Positions 52,288 through 64,000 of a DNA stretch of 64,000 nt are shown in pieces. The stretch is taken from NCBI RefSeq assembly GCF_009914755.1, contig NC_060925.1; one strand, 5' to 3'. Source of the DNA: the human T2T-CHM13v2.0 reference genome, Homo sapiens. The notes below the pieces were generated by a model. That model worked only from the letters and a program-made list of their open reading frames with translations. It did not search any database and was not told the DNA's origin. Position 1 is the first letter of the stretch, and the number at the start of each line of letters is the position of its first letter. The position numbers were made by a program, and so were the translations under genes.

Positions 52288-55200
52288 GAAGAAGAGGCAA
52301 GATGTCCAACTAGATGCAGTCCCACCAAGAGACTTGACCATCAAGAAGACTAACACACTCCAAGCAGATATTCAGAAGGAAGGCATTGAGAGTGGGTAGA
52401 GGAAAGACACAGACCCTGAGCTGAAGGAGGAGGAAGCTGGATACCCTGCATGTGGCTGCCGAGCACGAGGACTCATTCCTGGCCCCCAGTAGCTCCTGGG
52501 GAAGGGGTGAGTTCAATAAGTGAGTAGTGCCCTCTCTCACCATAGGCCTCCAGAGTCCTAGCTGCAGGAGACCCCAGAACCTCTATGGACATTTGAATTG
52601 ACATGGATAGCTGCTTAGAGAGATGGCAAGGACTGAAGCTTGTGTGAAGCCCAGAGGGTTTGTCATGGGAATGGCTGCAGTACAACACGACCAGGGATGC
52701 CCATCCCCCAAGGAACACCTTGGCCCCTCCAGTACAGCAGGTGCATAACCTTGAGGGGCTACAGAACAAAGCTGTGGACCTAGTAGCAGCCTCACAGGGT
52801 TAGATCATGCAGCCAAGGAGGGCTGAGTTGAGCTTTGGCCCCCTGAAATCATCCAGAAACAAAGCCAATTGACTAAAGTACTTATACAATAGTCAAACCT
52901 TTAAGGGGATCAAAAAACATAAAAGCAAAAAACCCCATCCAAAGGACATCAACTTCAAAGATCAAAGGAATATCAACCCACATAGATGAGAAAGAACTAG
53001 CACAAGAACTGTGGTACATCTAAAAGCCGGAGTGTCTTCTTACCTCCAAACAACCACACTAGCTCCCCAGCAATAATTCTTAGCAGGCTGAAATGGCTGA
53101 AATGACAGACAGAGAATTCAGAATCTGGATAGCAACAAAGATCATCGAGACTTAGGAGAAAGTCAAACCCAATCCAAGGAATCTAAAGAATCTAAAAAAT
53201 GATACAAGAGCTGAAAGACAAAATAGCCATTTTAAGAAAAAACTAAACCGATCCCATAGAGCTGAAAAGCTCACTACAATAATTTTATAATACAATTGAA
53301 AATATTAACAGCAGAAAAACCAAGCTCAGAAAAGAAAAGAATCTCAGAAGTCAAAGACTTTGACTCAAAGATTTGAATCAACTAATTCAAACAAAAATAA
53401 AGAAAAAGAATAATAAAGAATGACTAAAACTTCCAAGAAATATGGGCTAATAATATAAAGAGACTAAACCTATGACTTATTGGCACCCCTGAAAGAGAGG
53501 GAGAGAGAGTAAGCAACTTGGAAAACATTTGACGATATTGTCCATGAAAATTTCCCCAACCTTGCCAGAGAAATTGACGTTCAAATTCAGGAAATTCAAA
53601 GAACCACTATGAGATACTATCCAAGACAACTGTCCCCAAGAAACATAATCATCAGTTTCTCCAAGGTCAACATGAAAGAAAAAATATTAAAGGCAGCTGG
53701 AGGAAGAGGCAGGTCACCTACAAAGGGAACCCCCATCAGGCTAACAGCAGACTTTTCAGCAGAAATCCTCCAAGCCAGAAGAGATTCAGGGCCCATATTC
53801 ACCATTTTTAAAGAAAAGAAATTTTGACCAAGAATTTTATATTCAACCAAACTAAGCTTCATAAACAAAGGGAAAATAAAATCTTTTTTAGACAAGCAAA
53901 TGCTAAGGGAATTCATTGCCACCAGACCTGTCTTATAAGAGATCCTTAAGGGGGTACTATACATGGAAACAAAGACTGTTACTGCCCACCACAGAAACAC
54001 ATAGACCATTGATACTATAAAGCAACTACACAATCGACTCTGCATAACAACCAGTTAATGATGACAGGATCAAATCTGCACATATCAGTCTTAACCTTGA
54101 ACATAAATAGGCTAAAAGGCACAGAGTGGCAAGATGAATAAAGAAGGAAGGCTCACCTATATGCTATCTTCAAGAGATTCATCAAACATACAGTGACACC
54201 CATGGGCTCAAAGTAAAGATATGGAGAAAAATATATCAAACAAATGGGAAACAAAAAAGTGTAGGGGTTGGTATTCTAATTTAAGACAAAACAGATTTAA
54301 GCCAACAATGATCAAAAAAGACAAAGAAGGTCATTACGTAATAATAAAGGTTTCAATTCAATGAGAAGACTTAACTATACTAAATATATATGCACCCAAC
54401 ACTGGAGAACCCATATTCATAAAACAAGTTCTTAGAGACCTATGAAGATACTTTGATAACCACACAATAACAGTGAGAGACTTCAACACCCCACTGACAG
54501 TATTAGACAGATCATCAGGGCAGAAAATTAACAAAGATATTCAGAACCTAAACTCAATACTTGACCAAATGGACCTAGCACACATCTACAGAACGATCCA
54601 CTCAACAGAAGAATATACATTCTTATTTGCACATGGCACGTACTATGAAATTGACCACATGCTTAGCCATAAAACAATTCTCAACAAATTCAACAAAGCC
54701 AAAATCACACTCTCAGACCACAGCACAATAAAAACAGAAATCAATATTGAGATTTCTGAAAACCATACAATTGCATGAAAATTAGCAACCTGTTCTTGAA
54801 TGACTTTTGGGTAAACAATAAAATTAAGACAGAAATCAAGAAATTATTTGAAATTAATGAAAACAAAGAACAACATACCAGAATCTCTGGGAAGCAGCTA
54901 AAGCCGTGTTAAAAGGAAAGTTTATAGTGCTAAACACCCACTTCAAAAACTCAGAAAGATCTCAAATTTACAACCTAACATTGCAACTAGAGGAATTAGA
55001 AAAACAAGAGCAAACCAACCCAAAACCTAGCAGAAGAAAAGAAATAATGAAAATCAGAGCTGAAGTGAATGAAATTGAGATGCGAAAAACCATACAAAAG
55101 ATCAGTGAAACCAAAAGTTGGTATTTGAAAGAATACATAAGATTAATAGACTGCTGTTTCAACTAATAAAGAAAAAGAGAAGATCCAAAGAAACACAGTC

Positions 55201-58143
55201 AGAAATCACTAAGGGGTCATTACCACTGATCCCACAAAAATACAAAAAATCCTCAGAGACTATTATTAACACCTCTATGTACACAAACTACAAAGCCTAG
55301 AAGTAATGGATGAGTTCCTGGAAACATACAATCTCCCAAGATTGAACCAGGAAGAAATTGAAACCCTGAACAGACAAATAATGAGTTCTGAAATTGAATA
55401 AGCAATAAAAAGCCTACCAACCAAAAAAAGCCCTGTACCTGATGGATTCACAGCCAAATTCTACCAGATGTATAAAGAAGGTTGGTACCAATCCTACTAA
55501 AACTATTCCAAAAATTTGAGAAGGAAAGATTCCTCCATAACTCATTCTATGAGGCAAGCATCATTCTGACACCAAAAACCTCACAGTGACACAATAAAAT
55601 AAAATAAAATAAAATAAATAAAATAAAATAAAATAAAATAAAATAAAATAAAATAAAATAAAATTCAGGCCAATATCCCTGATGAACATAGACATAAAAA
55701 TCCTGAACAAAACACTAGCAAATCAAATCCAGCAGTACATCAAAAAGCTAATTCACCATGATCAAGTAGGCTTTATTCCTAGGATGCAAGGTTGGTTCAA
55801 CATACACAAATCAAAAAATGTGATTCATCACATAATCAGAACTAAAAACAAAAAACACATGATCATCTCAATAGATGCAGAAAAGGCTTTTGATTAAATT
55901 CAACATCACTTTATGTTAAAAACTCCCAACAAACTGGACATTGAAGGAACATACCTCAAAATAATAAGAGCCATCTATGATAAACCCACAGTCAAAATTA
56001 TACTGAACAGGCAAAAGCTGGAAGCATTCCCCTTGAGAACCAGAACAAGACAACCATGCCCATTCTCAGCACTCCTATTCAACATAGTACTGGAAGTCCT
56101 AGCCAGAGAGATTAGGCAAGAGAAAGAAATAAAAGGCATCCAAATAGGAAGAGAGGAAGTCAAGCTATCTCTCTTCACAGACGATAAGGTTTTATACCTG
56201 GAAAACCCCATAGTCTCTGCCCAAAAGTTCCTAGTTCTGATAAACAACTTCAGCAAAGTTTCAGGATTCAAAATCAGTGTACAAAAACCAGTAGCATTTC
56301 TATACACCAACAACATCCAAATCAAGAACATAATCCCTTTTGCAATAGCTACCAAAAAAAAAAAAAAATACTTAGGAATACAACTAACCAGGGAGGTGAA
56401 AGATCTCTAAAATGAGAATTACAAAACACTGCTGAAAGAAATCACAGATGGCAAAAACAAATGGAAAAACATTTAAAGCTCACGGATAGGAAGAATAAAT
56501 ATTGTTAAAATGGCCATACTATCCAAAGCAATTTACAGATTCAATGCTACTCTTATCAAACTACCAATGACATTTTTCACAGAATTAGAAAAAATTGCTC
56601 CAAAATTCATATAGAAACAAAAAACAGTCTGAATAGCCAAACCAATCCTAGGCAAAAAGAACAAGACCAGAGGCATCACACTACCTAACTTCAAACTGTA
56701 TTACAAGATTACAGTAACCAAAACAGCATTGTACTGGTACAAAAATAGACACAAAGACCCATGGAATAGGTTAGAGAACACATAAATAAAGCTACACCTA
56801 CAACCATCTGATCTTTGAAAAAGCTGAAAAAACAAGCAATGGAGAAAGGGCTCCCTATTCAATAAATAGCGCTGAAATATCTGGCTAGTCATATGCAGAA
56901 AATTGAAACTGGACTCTTTCATCATATACAAACATCAACTCACAATGGATTAAAGACTTAAATATACAACCTAAAACTATAAAAACCCTAGAAGAAAAAC
57001 CTAGAAAACATCATTCTGGATGTAGGCCCTGGCAAATATTTTAAGAGAAAGACTGCAAAAGCAATTGTAGCAAAAACAAAAATTGACACCCGGGACATAA
57101 TTAAACTAAAGTGCTTTTGCACAACAAAAGAAATTATCAATAGAGCAAACAGACAACCTAGAGAATGGAAGAAAATATTCACAAACTATGCATCCAACAA
57201 AGGTCTAATATCCAGAATCTATAAGGAACTTGAGCAAATTAACAAGCAAAAAACAAACAACCCCATTTTAAAAAAGGGGCAAAGGAGATGAAAATAGACT
57301 TCTCAAAAGAAGACATACACATGGCCAACAAGCATATGAAAAAATGTTCAACATCACTAATTATCAGAGAAATGCAAACCAAAACCACAATGAGATACCA
57401 TCTCACACCAGCCAGAATGGCTATTATTAAAAAGTCAAAAAATAACACGCTGGAGAAGTTGCAGAAAAAAGGAACACTTATACATTGCTGGTGGGAATGT
57501 AAATTAGTTCAGCCACTGTGGAAAGCAGTTTGGCAATTTCTCAAAGCAGTTAAAACTGAGCTACCGTTAGACCCAGCAATCCCATTACTGGGTACATACC
57601 CAAAGGAATATAAATCATTCTGCCCTAAAGACATGTGCACACATATGTTCATCACAGCACTATTCACAACAGCAAAGATATGGAATCAACCTAAATGTCC
57701 ATCAGTGGTGAACTGGATAAAGAAAATGTGGTACATATAGACTGTGGAATACTCTGCAGCCATAAAAAAAGAATATCATGTCAGATCATGTCCTTTGTAG
57801 CAACATGGATGGAGCTGAAGGTCATTATCCTAAGCAAATTAACATGGAAATGGAAAACCAAATACATGTTCTCACTTACAAGTGCACATGGACACAAAGA
57901 AGGGAACAATAGACACCAGGGTCTATTTGAGGGTGAAGGGTGGGAGGGAAGAGGGTAAGGATTGAAAAACTACCTGTCAAGTACTATGCTTATTACCTGT
58001 GTGATGAAATAATCTGTACACCAAAGCTCCATGACATGCAATTTACCCATGTAGTAACAAACCTGCACATGTACCCTCTCAACCTAAAATAAAAGTTGAA
58101 AAGAAAAGAAAAATCAATACAAAAAGGTGTTTTGGAAAAAAAA
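52288..58143 (+). mobile_element. Near full-length decayed L1PA (about L1PA15-16)
   Basis: 5' GAGGCAAGATGTCCAACTAGATGCAG; ORF1 remnants from ~52987; ORF2 remnants from ~54058 (endonuclease DFNTPL, SDHS; RT 55682-56410); 3' UTR and tail. Many stops and frameshifts. Degenerate TSD AAGAGTTCACAT / AAGACTTTACAT within a MIR. Confidence 0.95.
55594..55664. repeat. (AAAAT)n pentanucleotide repeat inside L1 ORF2
   Basis: About 14 units by direct reading. Confidence 0.95.
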
Positions 58144-58660
58144 AAGACTTTACATAGCTTGCTCAAGGTCACACAATAAGATGCTGACAGAACTGTGATT
58201 TAATCTGTGCTTATAAATGCCATGTTATTCTCCCCCCCTTCATTCAGACCTTCTTTCTCCATCTTATGCCCAAGTATCAAGTAATGAAGTACCATATCCA
58301 ATACCTCAGTTGCCATACCCACACCCACTAATGTCATTTCCCTGTCAAAGACAGACATAGATTATTCCAGAATGACTTGTTCTTTGTGAATGTACCCTGG
58401 CTCTTGATGAATATGTTTCTTAGAAACTTCTCAAGGACAATCTATTATGGCACTATATTGTCAGACTCACTGGTGTAAAGTTTCCCTAATCCATATTTTT
58501 ATTTCGTTTTGAGTTAGGGCAAAACTTGCTCACATGTCGTCTTCTGATACCTCTCATTCTCTCCAGTTCCTCAAAGAGGTTAGACTGTGCTACAGTGACT
58601 GAATTTACGAGTCCTTTCACAACCTGGAACTTAATATTTCTTAGCAATAAGCTCTTTCTC

Positions 58661-58963
<303 letters not shown>

Positions 58964-59459
58964 TTATAGACCTTAAGACAATCTGTAATTCTTACTTCCA
59001 AGTTATTGAAATTAAATCTTGTTAGTTACCTATGCTATATGTCCTGCTAGGTTAAGAAGGCACTAGATCCACACATTGCAGTCCACAGTCTAGTGCAGGA
59101 GACAGATACATAAAAACTTAATAGTAATAAGTGTAACCAAAATAAGAACAAAACTGAGGGGCACAGACGAGGTTCCCCAAAAGACTGGAGGGTTGATTCT
59201 AGCCCAAGGAGTCAGAGGAAGTTAAACAAAGCCAAAGTCTACAATTCATCCAGAAGGATGACTAGAAATTTGCCAGGTACAAATTTTAATGGAGAAAAGA
59301 GGGAACAACACTTATTAGAGATATTATTCTCAGATACCACAAATCATGTTCCTCAGATACCACAGTCAACAAATTCTTCCACCCAAGAGCTTCCATGGAT
59401 TTTCTCCTATTATATTTATTCCAAACTACTCAGCCTAGCCTTGAAGACTTCCACTAGTT

Positions 59460-60262
59460 TCATTCACTAGTTCATTGAACCCGTTAGTTGAATTTGTTTA
59501 TTGAGTGCCCACCAGAAGCCTGGCACTGTTCTAGGCACTGGAAACAGTAGGAAACAAAACAGAAAGCCTCACCTCAAACTTACTCTTAACTTGGGCCTAC
59601 AGAGCTTGCCTCCTAGTAGAGACAGACAATGAACAAATAAATAAGGAAGGTATATAGAAAAGTAGATATGTGACGAAAAACAAAGAAGGGAAGGTTGTTC
59701 AAGAAATGCCAGGCAGAGGTAGAAAGTGGTCAGAAAACACCTCCCTGAAAAGATGCCATAAATGACTTGAAGGAGATAAACGTATGTGAGGGGAAGAACA
59801 TGCAAAGCCAGGGGAGTCACAATGTGAAAATTCTGAGGCGGACGTATCTGGACATGGCCGAAGAAAATGTGGAGGCCAGTTAAACTGGAGCCAAGGGAGC
59901 AAAAGGGAAAATGGCAGGCGACGAGGTCAAAGAGGCATTGTAAGGACTTTGGTTTTATTCTGAGCAAGATGGGAATTGTAGTAGGGTTTTGAGCAGAGGA
60001 GTAATGGGACCCAATATGTCTTCATGGGAGCATTCTGACTGCAGAGCTGTACAGACATTGAGAAGGCGATGAGGAAAGAAAGAAGAGGAAAAGATAGTAA
60101 GTTCTGGAGAGTAAGCACCTGTCCCAGGTGACAGATGACAGATAATGGGGTTTGGACGAAGGTGGTGTCATGATGGTGGTATAAAAGAATGTATTTTGGA
60201 TATAATTTCAAGGTAGAGCTGGAAATAGTTGCTTATGATTTCAATATAGAACACAATAGGAC

Positions 60263-60295
<33 letters not shown>

Positions 60296-62130
60296 ATGGG
60301 AGAGGGAGAAAGGGAAGTCATGGGTGACTCCAAGGTTTTTGACCTGAGCAAGAAGATTGGAGTTTTCATTTACTAATATGGGGAAGACTGTTGGAGAAGT
60401 AGGTTTGGCGGCTGGTAGGGGGCAGGTCATGTTAAGCCTGAGATGCCCATTAAATATCCAAGTAGAAATGTCAAATAGGCAGTTGGGTATAGGCATTCTA
60501 GGGAGAGTTCTGGGCTAGAGACAGAAATTTGAAAGCATATAACTTTGCTTTGGCTGCCATAATAAAACCACAGACTATGTGGCTAAAACAGCAGAAATTT
60601 ATTTTCTCACAGTTCTGGAGGCTAGAAGTCCAAGATCTAGATGTGGGCTTCTCTTGAGGCTTGCAAATGGCTGCTTTCTCACTGTATCCTCCTGTGCTCA
60701 GTTCCCTGTGCACACCCCTGGTGTCACTTTGTGTGTCCACATTTCCTCCTCTTATAAAGACACCAGTTAAATTGGATTAGGGCCCACCCTAACAGCGTCA
60801 TCTTAACTTCATCACTTCTTTAAAGACCCTGTCTCCAAATACAGTCACACCAGGGATTAGGGCTGCAACGTGTGATTTGGAGGGGAGGGCACAATTCAGA
60901 ATTCAGCCCATAAAAGGGAGTCCTCAGCTTATTGAAAGAGATTAGATAAGATCATTAAGGGAATGAACATACAGGAAGGAGAAAAGAGGTCTGAAGGTGG
61001 AGCTGTGGTGCTCCTCAGATGTTTAAAGGTCAGGAAGATAAATAGGAACTGGCAAAAGAGAATTAGTGGCCAGTGAATTGGAGGAAATCCAGCAATGCAT
61101 TGTATCCTAAGAGCCTGGTAAGGGGGACACTTCAAGGAGAAGGAAGTCAGAGGAAGTCATCTATATAGTCAAATGCTTCTGAGACACAAAGAAGAGGAGT
61201 ACTGAGAAGTAGCCATTGAATTCAGAAACATGGACGTCATCAGCAACCTTGATGAAAGCAGTTTGGTTGTTTGGTGGAGAAGAAAAGCAGATTGGAGGAG
61301 TGAGAATTAAAGAGGAATTGCAACACTGAATATCAACTCTTCTGAGTGTTGCTGTAAAGAAGACTAGAGAAACGGAAGAAGCTAAAGGGTAATAAGAGCT
61401 CAAGGCAGGAATTTTGTTTAAGCTGGGAAAAAATAGCAATGGTTGTATGCTAACGGAGATTATGCATTAGAAAGGAAGAAGTCGATAATGCAGAGTGATG
61501 TCCTTGAGTAGCAAGACTCAAGGCTGCTTGTAGTATCTAGCAGCAAATGTGAAGGGGTTTTCCTTATCTAGGAACCTGTACATCAAAGGTAGAGCACACA
61601 GCACAAAGGCACAGAGGTGGGTAGATGGGATTATAATGTTTATGGAATTTCCCTCTGAGTATGGATGGGAGGGAAGATATTGAATATTTGAGGAAAGAGA
61701 AGAGGGTGTGAAATAGTTGTCTAGGCCAGAGACAAAGTGAATGGACTAGGAAATTAGAGTGGAATTGGCTGCCAACACTGAGAGCAAAGTTGAAGTTAGT
61801 CATCTGAATTTAAACTGAGATCACTCACCGTAGTGGTATATTTTTCTCCAGCCATGTTCAGCTAGGAAGGTGCAGGTGCCCTGAAGATTAAGTGTTAGAT
61901 TTACCCAGGGCTGGGGTTTTCCAGACAAGTTTGATGAGGAGGGAAGGGGTGTGAGAGTTAGAATGTTACATAGGGAATGACTTTAATGATGGACCTTAGA
62001 ATCTCAACTAGGGAAGAAGAGAAACAAGGACATAAGTCAAGCGCATGACATTAAAATAGTGCTAGGTTCAAAGGACATCCTGGTAGGCTAATTGGAATTG
62101 TAGTCATCACAGTACTTAAGGGAGAGAGCT
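59460..62130 (-). mobile_element. Long L2a element interrupted by (GA)n and MLT1B
   Basis: TTTATTGAGTGCCCACC...GGCACTGTTCTAGGCACTG tail; GTAAGGACTTTGGTTTTATTCTGAG; TCCAAGTAGAAATGTCAAATAGGCAGTTGG. Confidence 0.85.
60537..60913 (-). mobile_element. MLT1A/MLT1B solo LTR
   Basis: ATTTATTTTCTCACAGTTCTGGAGGCTAGAAGTCCAAGATC...GACCCTGTCTCCAAATACAGTCAC. Confidence 0.88.
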
Positions 62131-62324
62131 AGAAAAATAGAAAAGATTGGCCAGAAATCTCTTTTCTCATTTCTATCCTAAATGGCAGAATTCCAGAAGC
62201 AAGGGCTATGATTTTTACCTATTTTTCTATCCCCAGAAGTGCCTTTTAAAAAGTTCCTATAACAGACATCTCTTGATGAGTGAACCATTATTGTGTTACC
62301 AACTTGAGAATTATTTTCAGGAGA

Positions 62325-62535
62325 CAGCATGAGAATACTGGAAGCTGCACTAAGAGATCAAGACCATCTGGGTTCAAGCGAAGTCTTTGCCTCTTCCTCA
62401 CTGTTTGTGGGCTCATTTCTTAACCATTGTCAGCTTCACTTGGTTCATCTGTAAAATGAAGAAAATAATAACTGCCCTGCAGTTATTGTGAAGATCAAAT
62501 GCAATAAGGTATGTGAAAGTGCTTTGTAAACTAAA
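62325..62535 (+). mobile_element. MIR
   Basis: CATCTGTAAAATGAAG...TTGTGAAGATCAAATGCAATAAGGTATGTGAAAGTGCTTTGTAAACT. Confidence 0.8.
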
Positions 62536-62829
62536 AGGCAAATTAACAATAACCTGAAATAGCCACGAGATCATGAATCACCCAGCAAAGGGAGAAACAT
62601 AAGCCTCCAAGGACTTTTGAGGGGGACCTTTGTGCTCCTTCCATCCTCTATGACTAAGCCACACGTCATGCTTGTAGGACTCCAGGCTTTATTTGCAGCT
62701 TTCTCATTTACCCAGCCCCTTTTTTTGTACTCCTAAGCTCTGCATTCTTATCAGAGAGGGATAAAGAAGGACAGGAAGGGGAAGTGGGGAAAACCAGAGT
62801 AGGAGAAGAATGGAGGAGAGTAGGATGGA

Positions 62830-63040
62830 AATAATGTTTTCTACATGCATTATGTGCACCGTGCACTCTGCAAAAATCTCATTTAGTCTTTGATCTACCA
62901 TTATTCAGTATCATCCTCCCAATTTATAGATGAGGAAACAGACTCAGAAAGTTTAAATTATTTGACCCAAATTACACAATGAGTAGAAATAGCAGAACTG
63001 GAAATCAACCTCTTCTCTTTCTGAATTTAAAGCCCAGGGC
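62830..63040 (-). mobile_element. MIR
   Basis: TTTATAGATGAGGAAACAGACTCAGAAAGTTTAAATTATTTGACCCAA. Confidence 0.8.
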
Positions 63041-63414
63041 TTTCCTAGTAAGCCCTGGGGTGTACGGCTAATCCAAAGCAATCTTCTCTGCTGAAGAAAA
63101 ATTATCTTTTGGGAGGATTTTCTGAACTAAATCTCTCATTTCTCTGTGATACTTAAGCTCCCAGGGGGGGAAAAAAAAAGAGCAGCATGTAATCAAAGAA
63201 AAGAATACTAAAATTACTAAAATTCTTAGGGCGAGAAGTTATTCATATCAAAGTGAAAACTACTTAGATTTTGAAAGTGAGTTGTCTTAAAAAGCTCTTC
63301 TTAGCTTCTCATTGGCTCAGAAGTTCTTCACTAAGAGGCTTATGGCAACATGATAGAGGGGGAAAGAGAGCTATACTAGCAGCTCAGATTCTTATTATCA
63401 GGCCATCTTAGTGT

Positions 63415-63982
63415 TGATCTGTATATCTATTCCTGAATAAGCATCTGCCTCAAATATAATGGCTTGAAACAATAATTTGTTACTATTTTCCCCAGCTCTG
63501 AGAACTGACTGGGCTCTGCTGGACGGTTGTTGCATAGGCCTTCTCCCTGTACTTGCAATCAGGTGTTGGCTGGGCTGCAGCCATCCGAAGGCTCACTAGG
63601 GCTGCACATCCCCAGTGACTCCCCTCCTGAATGGCATTTGATGAGTGGAAGTTCAGAGCACCCACACACAGTTCCTTCATGCAGCTAGGGCTTCTCACAA
63701 TACAATGGCTGGGTCCTAAGTGAGAGAACGCCAAAAGTGAACAGTCCAATAAGTAGAAGACAGATACTTCCAGGCCAGTAAACGGCTATGCCTGAAACTG
63801 GCATAGCGTCACTTCTGCTGTATCCCATTGGTCAAAGCAGTCACAGATCCCACTCGGATTCAAGAGGGTAGAGAAATAAACTCCACTCTTTTGACGGGGG
63901 GGAAGCAACATCACATTGAAGAAGAAACTGGGAGATGGGAGATAGCATTGCATCCATCATTGGAAAATAATGACTAGATACA
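63415..63982 (-). mobile_element. MLT1H-like LTR
   Basis: TGGCTTGAAACAATAATTTG...GCGTCACTTCTGCTGTATCCCATTGGTCAAAGCAGTCACAG. Confidence 0.75.
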
Positions 63983-64000
63983 GTCACTCATGCTTGTAAC

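Noticed and set aside
48380-58110. Oppositely oriented L1s (48380-50531 and ~55950-58110) as one rearranged element or a special inverted repeat
   Set aside because: Each has its own 3' end and tail and they differ at many positions, so they are independent insertions of related subfamilies.
63033-63059. 10-bp hairpin CCCAGGGCTT-N7-AAGCCCTGGG
   Set aside because: Short, overlaps a MIR end, and is compatible with chance.

Overview
Repeat-rich primate DNA, most likely human, judging by AluJ/S/Y, L1PA, THE1, MLT2A1 and MER85. I can support no intact cellular protein-coding gene. The first ~1 kb looks like the distal 3' UTR of an unidentified + strand gene, with three AATAAA signals, Pumilio elements, miRNA seed matches and one G-quadruplex motif. 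The rest is intergenic. There are two TE-dense blocks (about 4.7-25 kb and 37.7-64 kb). Between them lies a TE-poor ~12 kb block (about 25-37.6 kb) holding most of the unexplained structure: a 194-bp ungapped inverted repeat (179/194 identical, 666-bp spacer) matching no repeat family I recognise, a MER85 with an intact PGBD3 palindrome, a developmental-TF motif cluster, and a CpG-enriched segment with an interrupted reading frame. A five-level nested transposon stack at 38.6-42.6 kb has largely recognisable target-site duplications (TSDs). The long ORFs I could assign are decayed LINE-1 ORF1/ORF2 fragments; the rest are Alu, microsatellite or unassigned short frames. Repeat subfamily names come from my recollection of consensus sequences, not from a database search. 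I found no evidence sufficient to claim a new biological system; the inverted repeat is the best lead.
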